Part shown: in pieces, positions 41,623 to 51,200 of the stretch
How the letters are laid out: each line of letters begins with the position of its first letter
Numbering within the stretch: the stretch's first letter is position 1
From: Promethearchaeota archaeon
GTDB lineage: Archaea > Asgardarchaeota > Lokiarchaeia > Sigyniarchaeales > SOKP01
Direction of reading: 5' to 3'
DNA length: 64,000 bases
Assembly: GCA_019058445.1 (NCBI GenBank)
Contig: JAHPZA010000004.1
Span: forward strand, 434,136-498,135
The notes under the pieces: model-generated
What the model was told of the DNA's origin: nothing
The model's database searches: none
What the model saw: only the letters and a program-made list of their open reading frames with translations
Position numbers and translations under genes: made by a program

Positions 41623-41892
41623 TTACTTTCTCATCCGTTTTAATTCCATTGTAATTGCATTCATCCTATCCGGGCATTCTACTTGAATTACATCAGTATC
41701 AGGTCCCCAAGGAAAATTACCGCCAAATTGAAGTGTACTTATCGTTGGAAAAATATCATGATAAAAAATACCACATAATCCATTTGCTTTGTGAACACTT
41801 AATTCTATTTCATCGCCCACTTTATGATGCGCACTGCAACGTCCTTTAATATCTTTAACAGTTCCTACAATTTTAAATATTTTTTGAGAAAT
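41623..41892 (-). CDS. Small Cys-containing protein (TIGR04076-like)
   Basis: VKDIKGRCSAHHKVGD...GLCG..YH.IFP...GG.FPW...CPD; first Cys lies upstream of the track's GTG, needing ATT 41892 or ATA 41895 behind AGGTGA. Confidence 0.8.
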   Translation of the reverse strand: MSQKIFKIVGTVKDIKGRCSAHHKVGDEIELSVHKANGLCGIFYHDIFPTISTLQFGGNFPWGPDTDVIQVECPDRMNAITMELKRMRK

Positions 41893-41919
41893 TATTTTTC
41901 ACCTTTGATAATTTTTTTT

Positions 41920-41944
41920 TCAAACATTCAAACGATTTGTTTGA
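41920..41944. promoter_or_regulatory. Inverted repeat, candidate TetR operator
   Basis: TCAAACA-N11-TGTTTGA upstream of the 41892 gene, next to the TetR gene. Confidence 0.45.
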
Positions 41945-42027
41945 TATTACGAAAAATAATTGAATTAACTTTATAAATTTTATGAAAAATGAATAGATGC
42001 TAAATAAATATATCAAGTTATTGGAAA

Positions 42028-42627
42028 TTATTTCTTCATTCCTTTAAGTATTAGAGAAACAGTGAAGACTATTTCCTCGTTTATCTTAGAAAAATCAATA
42101 TCCGTAATTTTAAAAACATTGAGATTTCTAACTGCCTTCATTTTAATCGCATCAGCAATAGCTAATATACCTTTTGCTATGCGATATGAATCACATTCTT
42201 GAAATACCCCTTTATTAACACATTCATCTATTATCCCACCAAGAAAATCTACTTCTAACTTAGCCAAAAATTCACCTAATTGTTTGAAGATGGGTTGCTT
42301 TATTTGAATTATTTCTACTGTAATTGATGCTAAAACTGGAACATTTAAAAAAAAATATAATCGCTCTTCTAAAAATGTTAAAATTTTCTCTTCGCAACCC
42401 TTTAATCTCTTTAGTTTAGATTGAATGGCATCAAAATAATCTGCTTTTTCTTTAAGTACAACTTCATTGAAAATTTTGTCTTTATTTTTAAAATAATGGT
42501 AAAGCGACGTTTTATTTAACCCAACTTGCCTCCCTATATCTTCCATAGTCGTTTTTTCATAGCCAAAACGTGCAAAACATAGTCTAGCAGCATCGATAAT
42601 TTTTTTCTTTTGTTCTTTTCTTTTCAT
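42028..42627 (-). CDS. TetR/AcrR-family transcriptional regulator
   Basis: IIDAARLCFARFGYEKTTMEDIGRQVGLNKTSLYHYFKNKD. Confidence 0.93.
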   Translation of the reverse strand: MKRKEQKKKIIDAARLCFARFGYEKTTMEDIGRQVGLNKTSLYHYFKNKDKIFNEVVLKEKADYFDAIQSKLKRLKGCEEKILTFLEERLYFFLNVPVLASITVEIIQIKQPIFKQLGEFLAKLEVDFLGGIIDECVNKGVFQECDSYRIAKGILAIADAIKMKAVRNLNVFKITDIDFSKINEEIVFTVSLILKGMKK

Positions 42628-42787
42628 TTTATTAGGATCGATGTTATCTGAACAATTCGATTTAATTTTATATTTCTTATGAAAAATAAATATTCAATCT
42701 TTTTAATAAATTGTTTGATAATTTGAAATAATTCTTAGAATATTAAGTAGAAAAAAATATTGTTTTAAAAAAGAATAAAAAAGTCTC

Positions 42788-43972
42788 TTACTTTTTAAAT
42801 CCTAAATTACCGAAGTATATTTTTTTAAGCATTTTTATGGATGATTTCGACAAATTTCTCTTCGTCTTCTCGATTTTTAAGGTTAAAATCATACTTATGA
42901 TCCCGATTAACGTTTTCACTGCAATTTTAGCCTGATATTTTTTATAGAGCATTCTAAGAACGAGCCCTATAACAACAAAGATTGGAATAAAAAAGAACCA
43001 AAAGTTTATCACGTTAAATTGATGACGTATTGGAACGAAAAATAAGAGATAATGTGCTAAATATATTGTTAAAGAATAGTAAGAGAAGTAAAACAGAAAT
43101 CGATAATTTTTTTCGGTTTTTATGTGTTCTTCAAGATAAATACCGATTGAGAATATTACAAGTTGAACTCCACAAGAAAAGATTGCCCAATAAAAATTAG
43201 TGGGATGGATTAATACCTTAATATCATAGTTCGGATACCACACCCACAATCCAAAAATTATAAGTATCGAACCTATAGATAACGAAGGATATAAAAGTTT
43301 TTTACATATTTGTTCTTTCCTTTCAATTGGGTTTTTAGTCTCGCTAACTTCCAATAGTATATCTCCAACAACTGTCCCATAAAGAAGAAATGGAAAGAAT
43401 CCTAAAATTACATCTTGATCAGACGAGTGGAATAAGATATGATACAATACACCGTAAATATTTAACTGCCCTGCATAAATAGCCAAATAAGAGAATAATA
43501 TATGATTAGCAATCCAAGATATTCCCGAAATGCAAATTCTTGTCAATTTAGATGTGTTTAGGAGTGGAACAGTTAATAATAGTGAGATTCCAATTGTGAA
43601 CAAAACAAACCAAGTCCATATATACCCGGGATCCATCAAAGCAATAGCGATGCACGTATTGAAGATGAGCCCGATTAATACTATTAACAAAGCACGAAAG
43701 ATAAATCCATTTTTTACCATTTCTAAAGAAAAAGCATCTGATTTTTCTGCCATCATTATTCCCTTTCTATATGATATAATACCGCTTACTCCTGAAACAA
43801 ACAAGAATCCTGCTGCCCCCACCCATGAAAAAAGAAAAATTAGAAAATACCATAACCATCTGCTATTTGGGTGAATCCACCAGTCCATAAGATGTCCACC
43901 AATCATGTAAAACATAGCAAGTCCCCGAAATATATCAATTGTCTTAAATCTTTTCTGCGCCATAAAAATCAT
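42788..43972 (-). CDS. Membrane acyltransferase (HGSNAT/DUF1624-like)
   Basis: RFKTIDIFRGLAMFYMIGGH, FLFVSG, FP, SLTIYLAHY; about 10 TM. Confidence 0.8.
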   Translation of the reverse strand: MIFMAQKRFKTIDIFRGLAMFYMIGGHLMDWWIHPNSRWLWYFLIFLFSWVGAAGFLFVSGVSGIISYRKGIMMAEKSDAFSLEMVKNGFIFRALLIVLIGLIFNTCIAIALMDPGYIWTWFVLFTIGISLLLTVPLLNTSKLTRICISGISWIANHILFSYLAIYAGQLNIYGVLYHILFHSSDQDVILGFFPFLLYGTVVGDILLEVSETKNPIERKEQICKKLLYPSLSIGSILIIFGLWVWYPNYDIKVLIHPTNFYWAIFSCGVQLVIFSIGIYLEEHIKTEKNYRFLFYFSYYSLTIYLAHYLLFFVPIRHQFNVINFWFFFIPIFVVIGLVLRMLYKKYQAKIAVKTLIGIISMILTLKIEKTKRNLSKSSIKMLKKIYFGNLGFKK

Positions 43973-44067
43973 TTAATCTTAATTTGATGAAAAATAAAAG
44001 CAGTTTATGATATAAATAGCTATTGAATTTAATAAGATTTAAAAATAGAATATGATTGATTAATTAA

Positions 44068-45141
44068 TTAGTTTAATTGCTTTTTTACTTCTTTAGCAAT
44101 TTTTTCTGTCTTTTTATCCTTGATCCAATATCGAATCTTCTTGGTTCTGAGTAAATTTTGAATTTTTTCATTTAATTCATTTAGTTTCTTTCGATCTTGA
44201 TCAGATAATTGTGGAACTTCTTCTAAAATCTTTTCTTTTACTTTTTCAATTTCTTGTTCAATAATTGGAATATCTATAGGTTCCTTTTCTCTTTGAGTTA
44301 TTCTTTTTCTCAAAATCTCTTTTATATTTTTTATCCATCCCTCAATCCAGGGAAAGGCCCCTTCTTTTTTTGGATCAATTATCTCGATATCTTTCCGATC
44401 TACAATTATTAAATCGTCAGGACAGCTGTTTTCACAAGCACCGCAATAAAAACAAGCATCTTCATTACACGCAATTTTCCCAAATTTAGCTATTTCCTCC
44501 GCACTTTCGGGTATAAACCATGATTCAACAGGACAAATATTTACGCATGCTTTGCAACCCAGAGGATCGCATTTATGGAGCATATTCTTTTTGATGATGA
44601 CTTCGCCTTCTATTGGAGAATCGACTTGGAAGCATTTTGTAGGGCATTCTTTTTGGATTTTATAAAATTCTTCGACATGATTTCTCTCTCGGACCTTTAA
44701 GCATAACTGACAGATTTCATTATTCAGATCTTCTTCACATTTTTGAAAATCAATTTTATAGAACTTTCCAATGGAAGGAAACTCATCCAGATTAATATGC
44801 CCTTCAGGTTCTATATTTTCATGAAACGCGTCTGTAGGGCATACTATAGCACATAACATACAGTAACAACATTTTTCATGATCAATTAAGAGTTTTGGAT
44901 TAGACTCGTCTAATATATTTTGGGCGATTTCAGGAATTGGACCGAGTTCAATCGCATCAACCGGACATACCATTTTACATAAACTGCATCCTATACATTT
45001 TTTAATGTCGTATGTGAGTTTTTTATTTACATCTTTATATTTCCAGTTGAGAATGAATTGATCTGGGCTAATATCTAACCCTTTTTCGATTTCTTCTTCA
45101 ATTTCCTTGTGGGCTGTATCTTCTGAAGATGTTTGCGTAAT
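44068..45141 (-). CDS. Polyferredoxin (FwdF-like 4Fe-4S protein)
   Basis: CIGCSLCKMVCP (completed only by extension to ATT 45141; in-frame TGA at 45148-50), CCYCMLCAIVCP, GCKACVNICP, CFYCGACENSCP. Confidence 0.85.
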   Translation of the reverse strand: MTQTSSEDTAHKEIEEEIEKGLDISPDQFILNWKYKDVNKKLTYDIKKCIGCSLCKMVCPVDAIELGPIPEIAQNILDESNPKLLIDHEKCCYCMLCAIVCPTDAFHENIEPEGHINLDEFPSIGKFYKIDFQKCEEDLNNEICQLCLKVRERNHVEEFYKIQKECPTKCFQVDSPIEGEVIIKKNMLHKCDPLGCKACVNICPVESWFIPESAEEIAKFGKIACNEDACFYCGACENSCPDDLIIVDRKDIEIIDPKKEGAFPWIEGWIKNIKEILRKRITQREKEPIDIPIIEQEIEKVKEKILEEVPQLSDQDRKKLNELNEKIQNLLRTKKIRYWIKDKKTEKIAKEVKKQLN

Positions 45142-45264
45142 TTTTTGTCAACCACTAAATTAGTTTTCCTACTCTTAAGTAATCTATATTGTTCTTGGTA
45201 ATTAATTTTAATGATATAGAAAAATAATTAATTATAAGAAATATATAATAAGATTTGATTTTAG

Positions 45265-45606
45265 ATGTATGAATATATTGACGGAAACGGGAATAAATAT
45301 CTCATTACAAACGAGGGCAAAAAAATTATAGAATATATCCCTATGAAGCCTCATCTTAGTTCAAGTGGAGTTTATGATGGTGGGGAGTATATGAAAAAAG
45401 AATTAAGCAACCAAGAATGGGATATTCTGATTTTAAATCTTAATCAGGCAGTAAGAAATTCAGAAAGTCATATCAAAAATAGGATAAAAAAGTCAGGGAT
45501 GGTAATAATCGACGATAAAAATGTGAAAAAATCATGTATTCTTGATCCAAACTCAAAAAAACTATTAGAAATTGAAAAATTATTACACTCTATTTTTGAT
45601 AAATAA
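45265..45606 (+). CDS. Hypothetical protein
   Basis: 113-aa ORF with conserved-looking YIDGNGN and SSGVYDGG. Confidence 0.6.
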   Translation: MYEYIDGNGNKYLITNEGKKIIEYIPMKPHLSSSGVYDGGEYMKKELSNQEWDILILNLNQAVRNSESHIKNRIKKSGMVIIDDKNVKKSCILDPNSKKLLEIEKLLHSIFDK

Positions 45607-45664
45607 ATGCAGCTTTATACCAGAGATATCTTTTATCCTTTCTTATGAGAGATAATCTAGTTAA

Positions 45665-45949
45665 TCACTGACTAAGATAATATTCAGCATTTTCTAAAAT
45701 CAACTGATTCCCGTATGCTCCAGTACTGATAACAGCATCCTCATCGATCAAAGGATCGGGGATTAATTTTTCTTCCTTGAGCAATCCACTTACTGATATT
45801 TTTTTATCCAAAAATTCTGATGGCCAAAATTCGAGTCCTTTAATGAATATAACATTTCCTTCTGGAGTGAGCAATACAGCCCCGCCTTTGGCATCCTTAG
45901 CAGTACCATTTAAGTTTACTTTTTGACCTATTTGCTTCTCTACTTTCAT
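45665..45949 (-). CDS. Hypothetical protein (possible OB-fold)
   Basis: 94-aa ORF; GQKVNLNG...AKGGAVL...ISVSGLL. Confidence 0.6.
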   Translation of the reverse strand: MKVEKQIGQKVNLNGTAKDAKGGAVLLTPEGNVIFIKGLEFWPSEFLDKKISVSGLLKEEKLIPDPLIDEDAVISTGAYGNQLILENAEYYLSQ

Positions 45950-45987
45950 TTCACATATAATATTTAATATTTTTGAAATTTAAATTA

Positions 45988-46455
45988 TTATTCTTCAATA
46001 AATTTTGGCGGTAAATTTTCTAATCCAGGGAAGGAAAGAGGAGGTTTAACCATAACAGTCACGGTGCCATGGGCCAGGAGGTTATCTTTCTCATCTTTTA
46101 TTGAAGCCTCTGCCAGTCCAATGCTTTTAGTGAGTTTTATACAACGCCCATAGGCAAGTAATTTGCCACTTCTGATGCTTGAAAGATAGTTTATTTTCAT
46201 TTCAATGGTGGCAGCGCTATTATTCCCCTCGACTTGAGAATAGACCGCAAAAAATCCGGTTCCATCCGCCAATGCGGCATAGACACCACCGTGAACCATA
46301 CCATAGGGTTGGAGATGTTTGCGCTTAATTTCTACTTCAAGAATCGATTCCCCATACTTTAGGTCAATCAATTTCATATTTTGATTCTTAAAAAAGGGGC
46401 TATTATTGATTACAGGAAGTGCAAAACCAACCCATTTCGGATTTAACTGTTTCAT
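45988..46455 (-). CDS. PaaI-family thioesterase
   Basis: QPYGMVHGGVYAALAD, TIEMKINYL hot-dog fold motifs. Confidence 0.9.
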   Translation of the reverse strand: MKQLNPKWVGFALPVINNSPFFKNQNMKLIDLKYGESILEVEIKRKHLQPYGMVHGGVYAALADGTGFFAVYSQVEGNNSAATIEMKINYLSSIRSGKLLAYGRCIKLTKSIGLAEASIKDEKDNLLAHGTVTVMVKPPLSFPGLENLPPKFIEE

Positions 46456-46536
46456 ATTAAATTTAACTCATTATTCTTATCAATTAATTGTAATTCCTAA
46501 CAATTATAAAAATATTAATTTTTACAAGAAGGAGAG

Positions 46537-47907
46537 CTATATCTGTTTTTGAAGTTTTGCAATTTTTTTTTCTAGTTTTTTAATTCTTGAGTCGCTTTCG
46601 TTAAGAATTGAATAGTCTTCAAGCACTTTCAGCGCGATTTTATAATTACGTATAGCATTGATATAGTCATTATTTTTCTCAAATTTATCTCCCGCGTCTT
46701 CAGCATAATCTATTTCCATTTTCTTTATTTTTTTATCTAGTTCTAAAACCATAAATGAAATTTTGCCAATATCTTCTTGAAATTCGAACCCAGTTGCTAA
46801 ATATAGTGCTTTTTCATATTCTTTTTGAGCCTCTTTATATACTAAAGCTTTTTCGGCAGTTTGACCTTTCTTAATAAATGATGTCATTAATTTTTGTGCT
46901 TCTTCTGGATTTAAACTTTCAGCAGTATTTTTCAATTCATAAATCGCATTATTATTAGCAATTATAGGGGAGATTAATTTATTATTTGCCAATCGCATGG
47001 CATGAGATTCACGAAAGGATTTAACATTTTTCTCGGCAGTTTCAAGGGTGGTTGGAATTATGGCTTCCATCAATAATAGCTGATAAATCTCATAAAGGAT
47101 TACCTTCGCTTCAATATCTACAATTTTTTTTACTTCATTTAATATATTATAAATAAAAAAGAACTGCTTAGTGGCTAAATAATCTTTCGCAAATTTAATC
47201 ACTGCCCTTTGAATATAATTATTATTAATTGAATCTAAAACACTAGGGATAAGTGTATGTGAAAGTACCATGGGAAAAACTAATTTAACATTAAAAAATT
47301 CAGTAATAAAATCATTTGTGTTATCCGATTCGAGAGCTCCTGAAGAAATAACTTTAATAATATTATCTTTATATCTGATTTCGTAATTTTGTAAAAATTC
47401 GATTATCAGAGATTTTAAACTCTCAGATGCCTTATGATCCAGAACTAGGCAGATTCTAATATATTTTCCATTTCTTAAGATCACATTAAATGTTTTATAT
47501 TGCAATTCGTAGAATTGGTGATTCGCTACCTGATTTGAATAATTTGAACTCTCTCCCGATTCCGAAAAGGTTATATTCGCCTGTAAGAATCCTGATAATA
47601 ATTCTGTATCTACTCCAGCTCCTGAAATTGGGTAATTGGCAATTAATAATCCAGAATCTTTAGCCATTAATAAAATATGCTTTATATTTAATACGTCTAA
47701 AAATTTCTGCCAGATTAAATCGCGGAACATTTGGATACGTTTCTCTTCAGAATCCATTTCTTCGATTTTTATGTTATGATCTGCTTTTAAACCGAGTTTC
47801 TCCATTTGGGATTTAATGCATTCAGCACAATATTCAGGATATTTAATACACTCCTTTTTATCATATCCACAATTAAACCCTACACGACTTATCTGAAAAT
47901 AAACCAT
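46537..47907 (-). CDS. Asgard-type longin-like domain protein with N-terminal Cys motif, wHTH-like middle and C-terminal TPR/helical repeats
   Basis: HILLMAKDSGLLI...VDTELLSGFLQANITFS...ELQYKTFNVILRNGKYIRICLVLD pattern; YKEAQKEYEKAL and YINAIRNYKIAL repeats. Confidence 0.7.
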   Translation of the reverse strand: MVYFQISRVGFNCGYDKKECIKYPEYCAECIKSQMEKLGLKADHNIKIEEMDSEEKRIQMFRDLIWQKFLDVLNIKHILLMAKDSGLLIANYPISGAGVDTELLSGFLQANITFSESGESSNYSNQVANHQFYELQYKTFNVILRNGKYIRICLVLDHKASESLKSLIIEFLQNYEIRYKDNIIKVISSGALESDNTNDFITEFFNVKLVFPMVLSHTLIPSVLDSINNNYIQRAVIKFAKDYLATKQFFFIYNILNEVKKIVDIEAKVILYEIYQLLLMEAIIPTTLETAEKNVKSFRESHAMRLANNKLISPIIANNNAIYELKNTAESLNPEEAQKLMTSFIKKGQTAEKALVYKEAQKEYEKALYLATGFEFQEDIGKISFMVLELDKKIKKMEIDYAEDAGDKFEKNNDYINAIRNYKIALKVLEDYSILNESDSRIKKLEKKIAKLQKQI

Positions 47908-48286
47908 CTAAAGCACAAATTTAAAATTAGAGTTTTGTAATGAATTCTTATTTTTCTTATATAATTTGATTAAATTTGGGTTATAAAAATCTTTAGAAAT
48001 TACCAAGTTTTGCGACGTAGCAACGAAAAATTTAAAAATTTCATTATATTTTAAAAGCAGATTAGTTCTATAGAATTCTATTTAAAAGCCAATGCGTTTA
48101 ACCTAAAAATAGGTTCTCAATCCTATATAAATTCTATAAAAGAAAAAATATAATAATCCTAAAACATTAAAATTCAATTAATTTGATGGGGTTTTATGGT
48201 ATTATTTTCAATAGTATAATACCTTAATCTCAACAACTCAATTTAACAATAAACAACAAATTAGGATAAAATTTGAGGATTGAGAC

Positions 48287-51200
48287 ATGAGTAAATCTAT
48301 TTTTAACAAATCTATTTTAGTAATACTATTGGTAGGAATCTCATTAACTAGCGCTTTGAGTAATTATTCTTCAAAAACCGAAACCGAAAATCAAAATTCT
48401 TTAGAAAGGTACAATAATATATCATTAGAAACGGCTCAAAATTTTGAATTACTCCAAGATTTCGAAGCATCAACTTATTTTATATCACCAAATTCTTCAG
48501 AGGGTAGAAATGATGCAGTATTTTTTTCTTTTATGGCAAATAAAAGAGGAAATTTTACGATTCAAGCTCAGAATCATCCTAACTATATAGATGATACAGA
48601 ACTTACAGAAAGCCATATTAGTTTCGATAATCCTTATGGTACTAATATTTGGTACATAGCATATTCAGAAATTGATACGTTAAATCTTGGTCGATTCAAT
48701 ATAAGATTATTAAAAAGTGAGGATAATGGAAAGACGTGGTCTAATAGCTTAATCAGTAGTATTTATGCAGATATAGAAAATCCACTTGATTATAATACAT
48801 ATGTATCTGGAATTTCTATAGCTACTAACCCAAAAACAGGATTTTTAATTGTTTTAACATGGATTAACAAAACAAATCTTTCTTACTTTAGATCTTTTGA
48901 TAATGGAACAACATGGGAAGGTCCTGAACCAATCTTCAATTCAACACTAATGGGAACAGTTAATATATTTAAAGGATTTTTAGATCATCCGAGAATGGAT
49001 GCTGCGATACTAGAAAATGGATCAGTAATTATTGTTAGTGAAGCAACGGACAAAAATTTTTTTCCATTCATCTTTATTGAAAGTCCAAATAATGGAACTG
49101 AATGGAATTTACCCAAAAATGTGACTTGTGTAAACAATTTAAGAGCAAAAATTCCAAAAATACAAGTAGATTATAGTTCAAAAAAATATTGGTTAATGTG
49201 GAAATATGATAGTAATTATTTAACAGGAGGAAATGATACTATTCAATGGGCTGAATTCAATGAAACTCATAACTTTTATGCTGATGTTCAATATCTAAAT
49301 GTTTCGAATCTTGATTTGGACTATAATTTCGATTTCTACTATGATCATCATAATGACAAATTTAGAATAATATACTGTGATTATGACTATCCAATAACTT
49401 ATATAGAAAATTGGACGTGTGAAGATTTTTCAGCAAATTTTTGGGTAAAAACAAGATTGGGTTCATATACTCGTCAAAGTTCAATAATTAGTTCTAATAA
49501 TTACTTACATTATGTCTATTCTAAAGAAAACTATTTATTTTTTCTAGAGGATTATATCGGAAAAACGGATATTTATCAGTTCAAAGTTATACAAGATTAT
49601 ATTTATTGGGAGGTCAAGGGAACTTTTAATGAAAATGAGTTAATACAAATACCCTGGGATGGCAGAAAATCTGATTCGATATTAATCGAAGATTCATTAG
49701 TAAAGATTATTTTCACCGAAAATTATACTGGAACGGAAAAATTTCTTTTTATAACAATTGATAATGAAATTCCAGATTTTATGGCACTGGAACAGAAAAG
49801 ACACTATTTTAATCCTTTATCAACTAATATCACTTTATCAAATATTCCATGGGAGATTCTTCCATCCGAATCTTGTGAATTATTTTTGGAAGTATTAAGT
49901 AATAAAACGCAAATTAGCTCCTGGAGTCAAATAGTGGAAAATAATTGGGACGATAATGAGCCTAAAATTTTTATATCGGATACAAGAATAATTTATTGCC
50001 TTTATGAAAGTTTAGAAGCTGGTAGATCAATTCTTTACCTGATTAAATCTTATGATTTAGGTGTCACATGGTCAAATCCAATAAAAGTCTATGAAACCAC
50101 GGGAGGGCTTTATTACTACACTGGTGCAGCCATTGGTAGTGTTGTTCTTATATACATATATCATACTCATTATCAAAGAATCTTATATAGAAGTTTTGAT
50201 GAGGGATTTACATTTAGAGATGAAATTAATATCTATGATGCCACTTTATTTCCATCAAGTTCTTCAGGTGAAGTTGACTTCTTATTAACCAGAAATGGAA
50301 CTATGTTTTCAACATTTAAACGACATACATATGGTTCAAAACACACTGAATATTATATCCTAAAATCAAATGATCTAGGTAATAATTGGACCTTCATGGA
50401 ATTATTCAATATCACTAAAGACTATAATCCGAACTTACATCCCAAATTAACTTATGATTTTATTAATGACATAGTGTATTTAGCGATGCCACTAGATAAT
50501 TATGATCTTTTATCCAGTTTCGCCATCAATTTCTCGTTTTCAACATTTAATTTCAATGACAATAAATGGTCAGTCCTAGAAAGTATCCCTCTGGCAACAG
50601 GTACAATTTTCACACAGGATACTAATTTTATTGTTACAAGAGAAAATAAAACCGCAACACCTATAGTACGCTTAATTTATTTAGAAAATATAGAACTTCC
50701 AGAAAGAATATTTCATTATAAAGAAATTGTATCAGAGGATTTTGGTGTAAGTTGGGATGAGCCAAGAAATATAACTTTACCCAATTATTCTGATATAATT
50801 TCAAATGTGGATGGAATTTATTATGCCTCGACATTTTCAGATGGGAATGATATAGAGATTAATTTTAGAAGACAAGGAAAACTAGTCTACGTATCAAAGG
50901 CAATAATATCTTCATCTTTTAGTACGGAAATCACTTTTAACGGTATTGATGATTTCGGTGATTATATTGAAGAGGGCAATTATACTTATTATATTCATCT
51001 TAATGATTTTGCTGGAAACAGTATTTCAAATACTAGTTGGTTTTATGCTGATTATACTGCACCTAATATAACTGAATACTTTACTAATATAAATATTCCT
51101 CCGATCCCTCGCAATGACCTTATAATAACGGTCAATATAACTGAAAGTACAAATTGTACTGCCGTTCTGTATTATAAAAAAGATGGTGCTAGTTGGCAAA

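Noticed and set aside
39759-46455. Integrated element at tRNA-Pro
   Set aside because: No integrase or transposase and no duplicated tRNA 3' end seen
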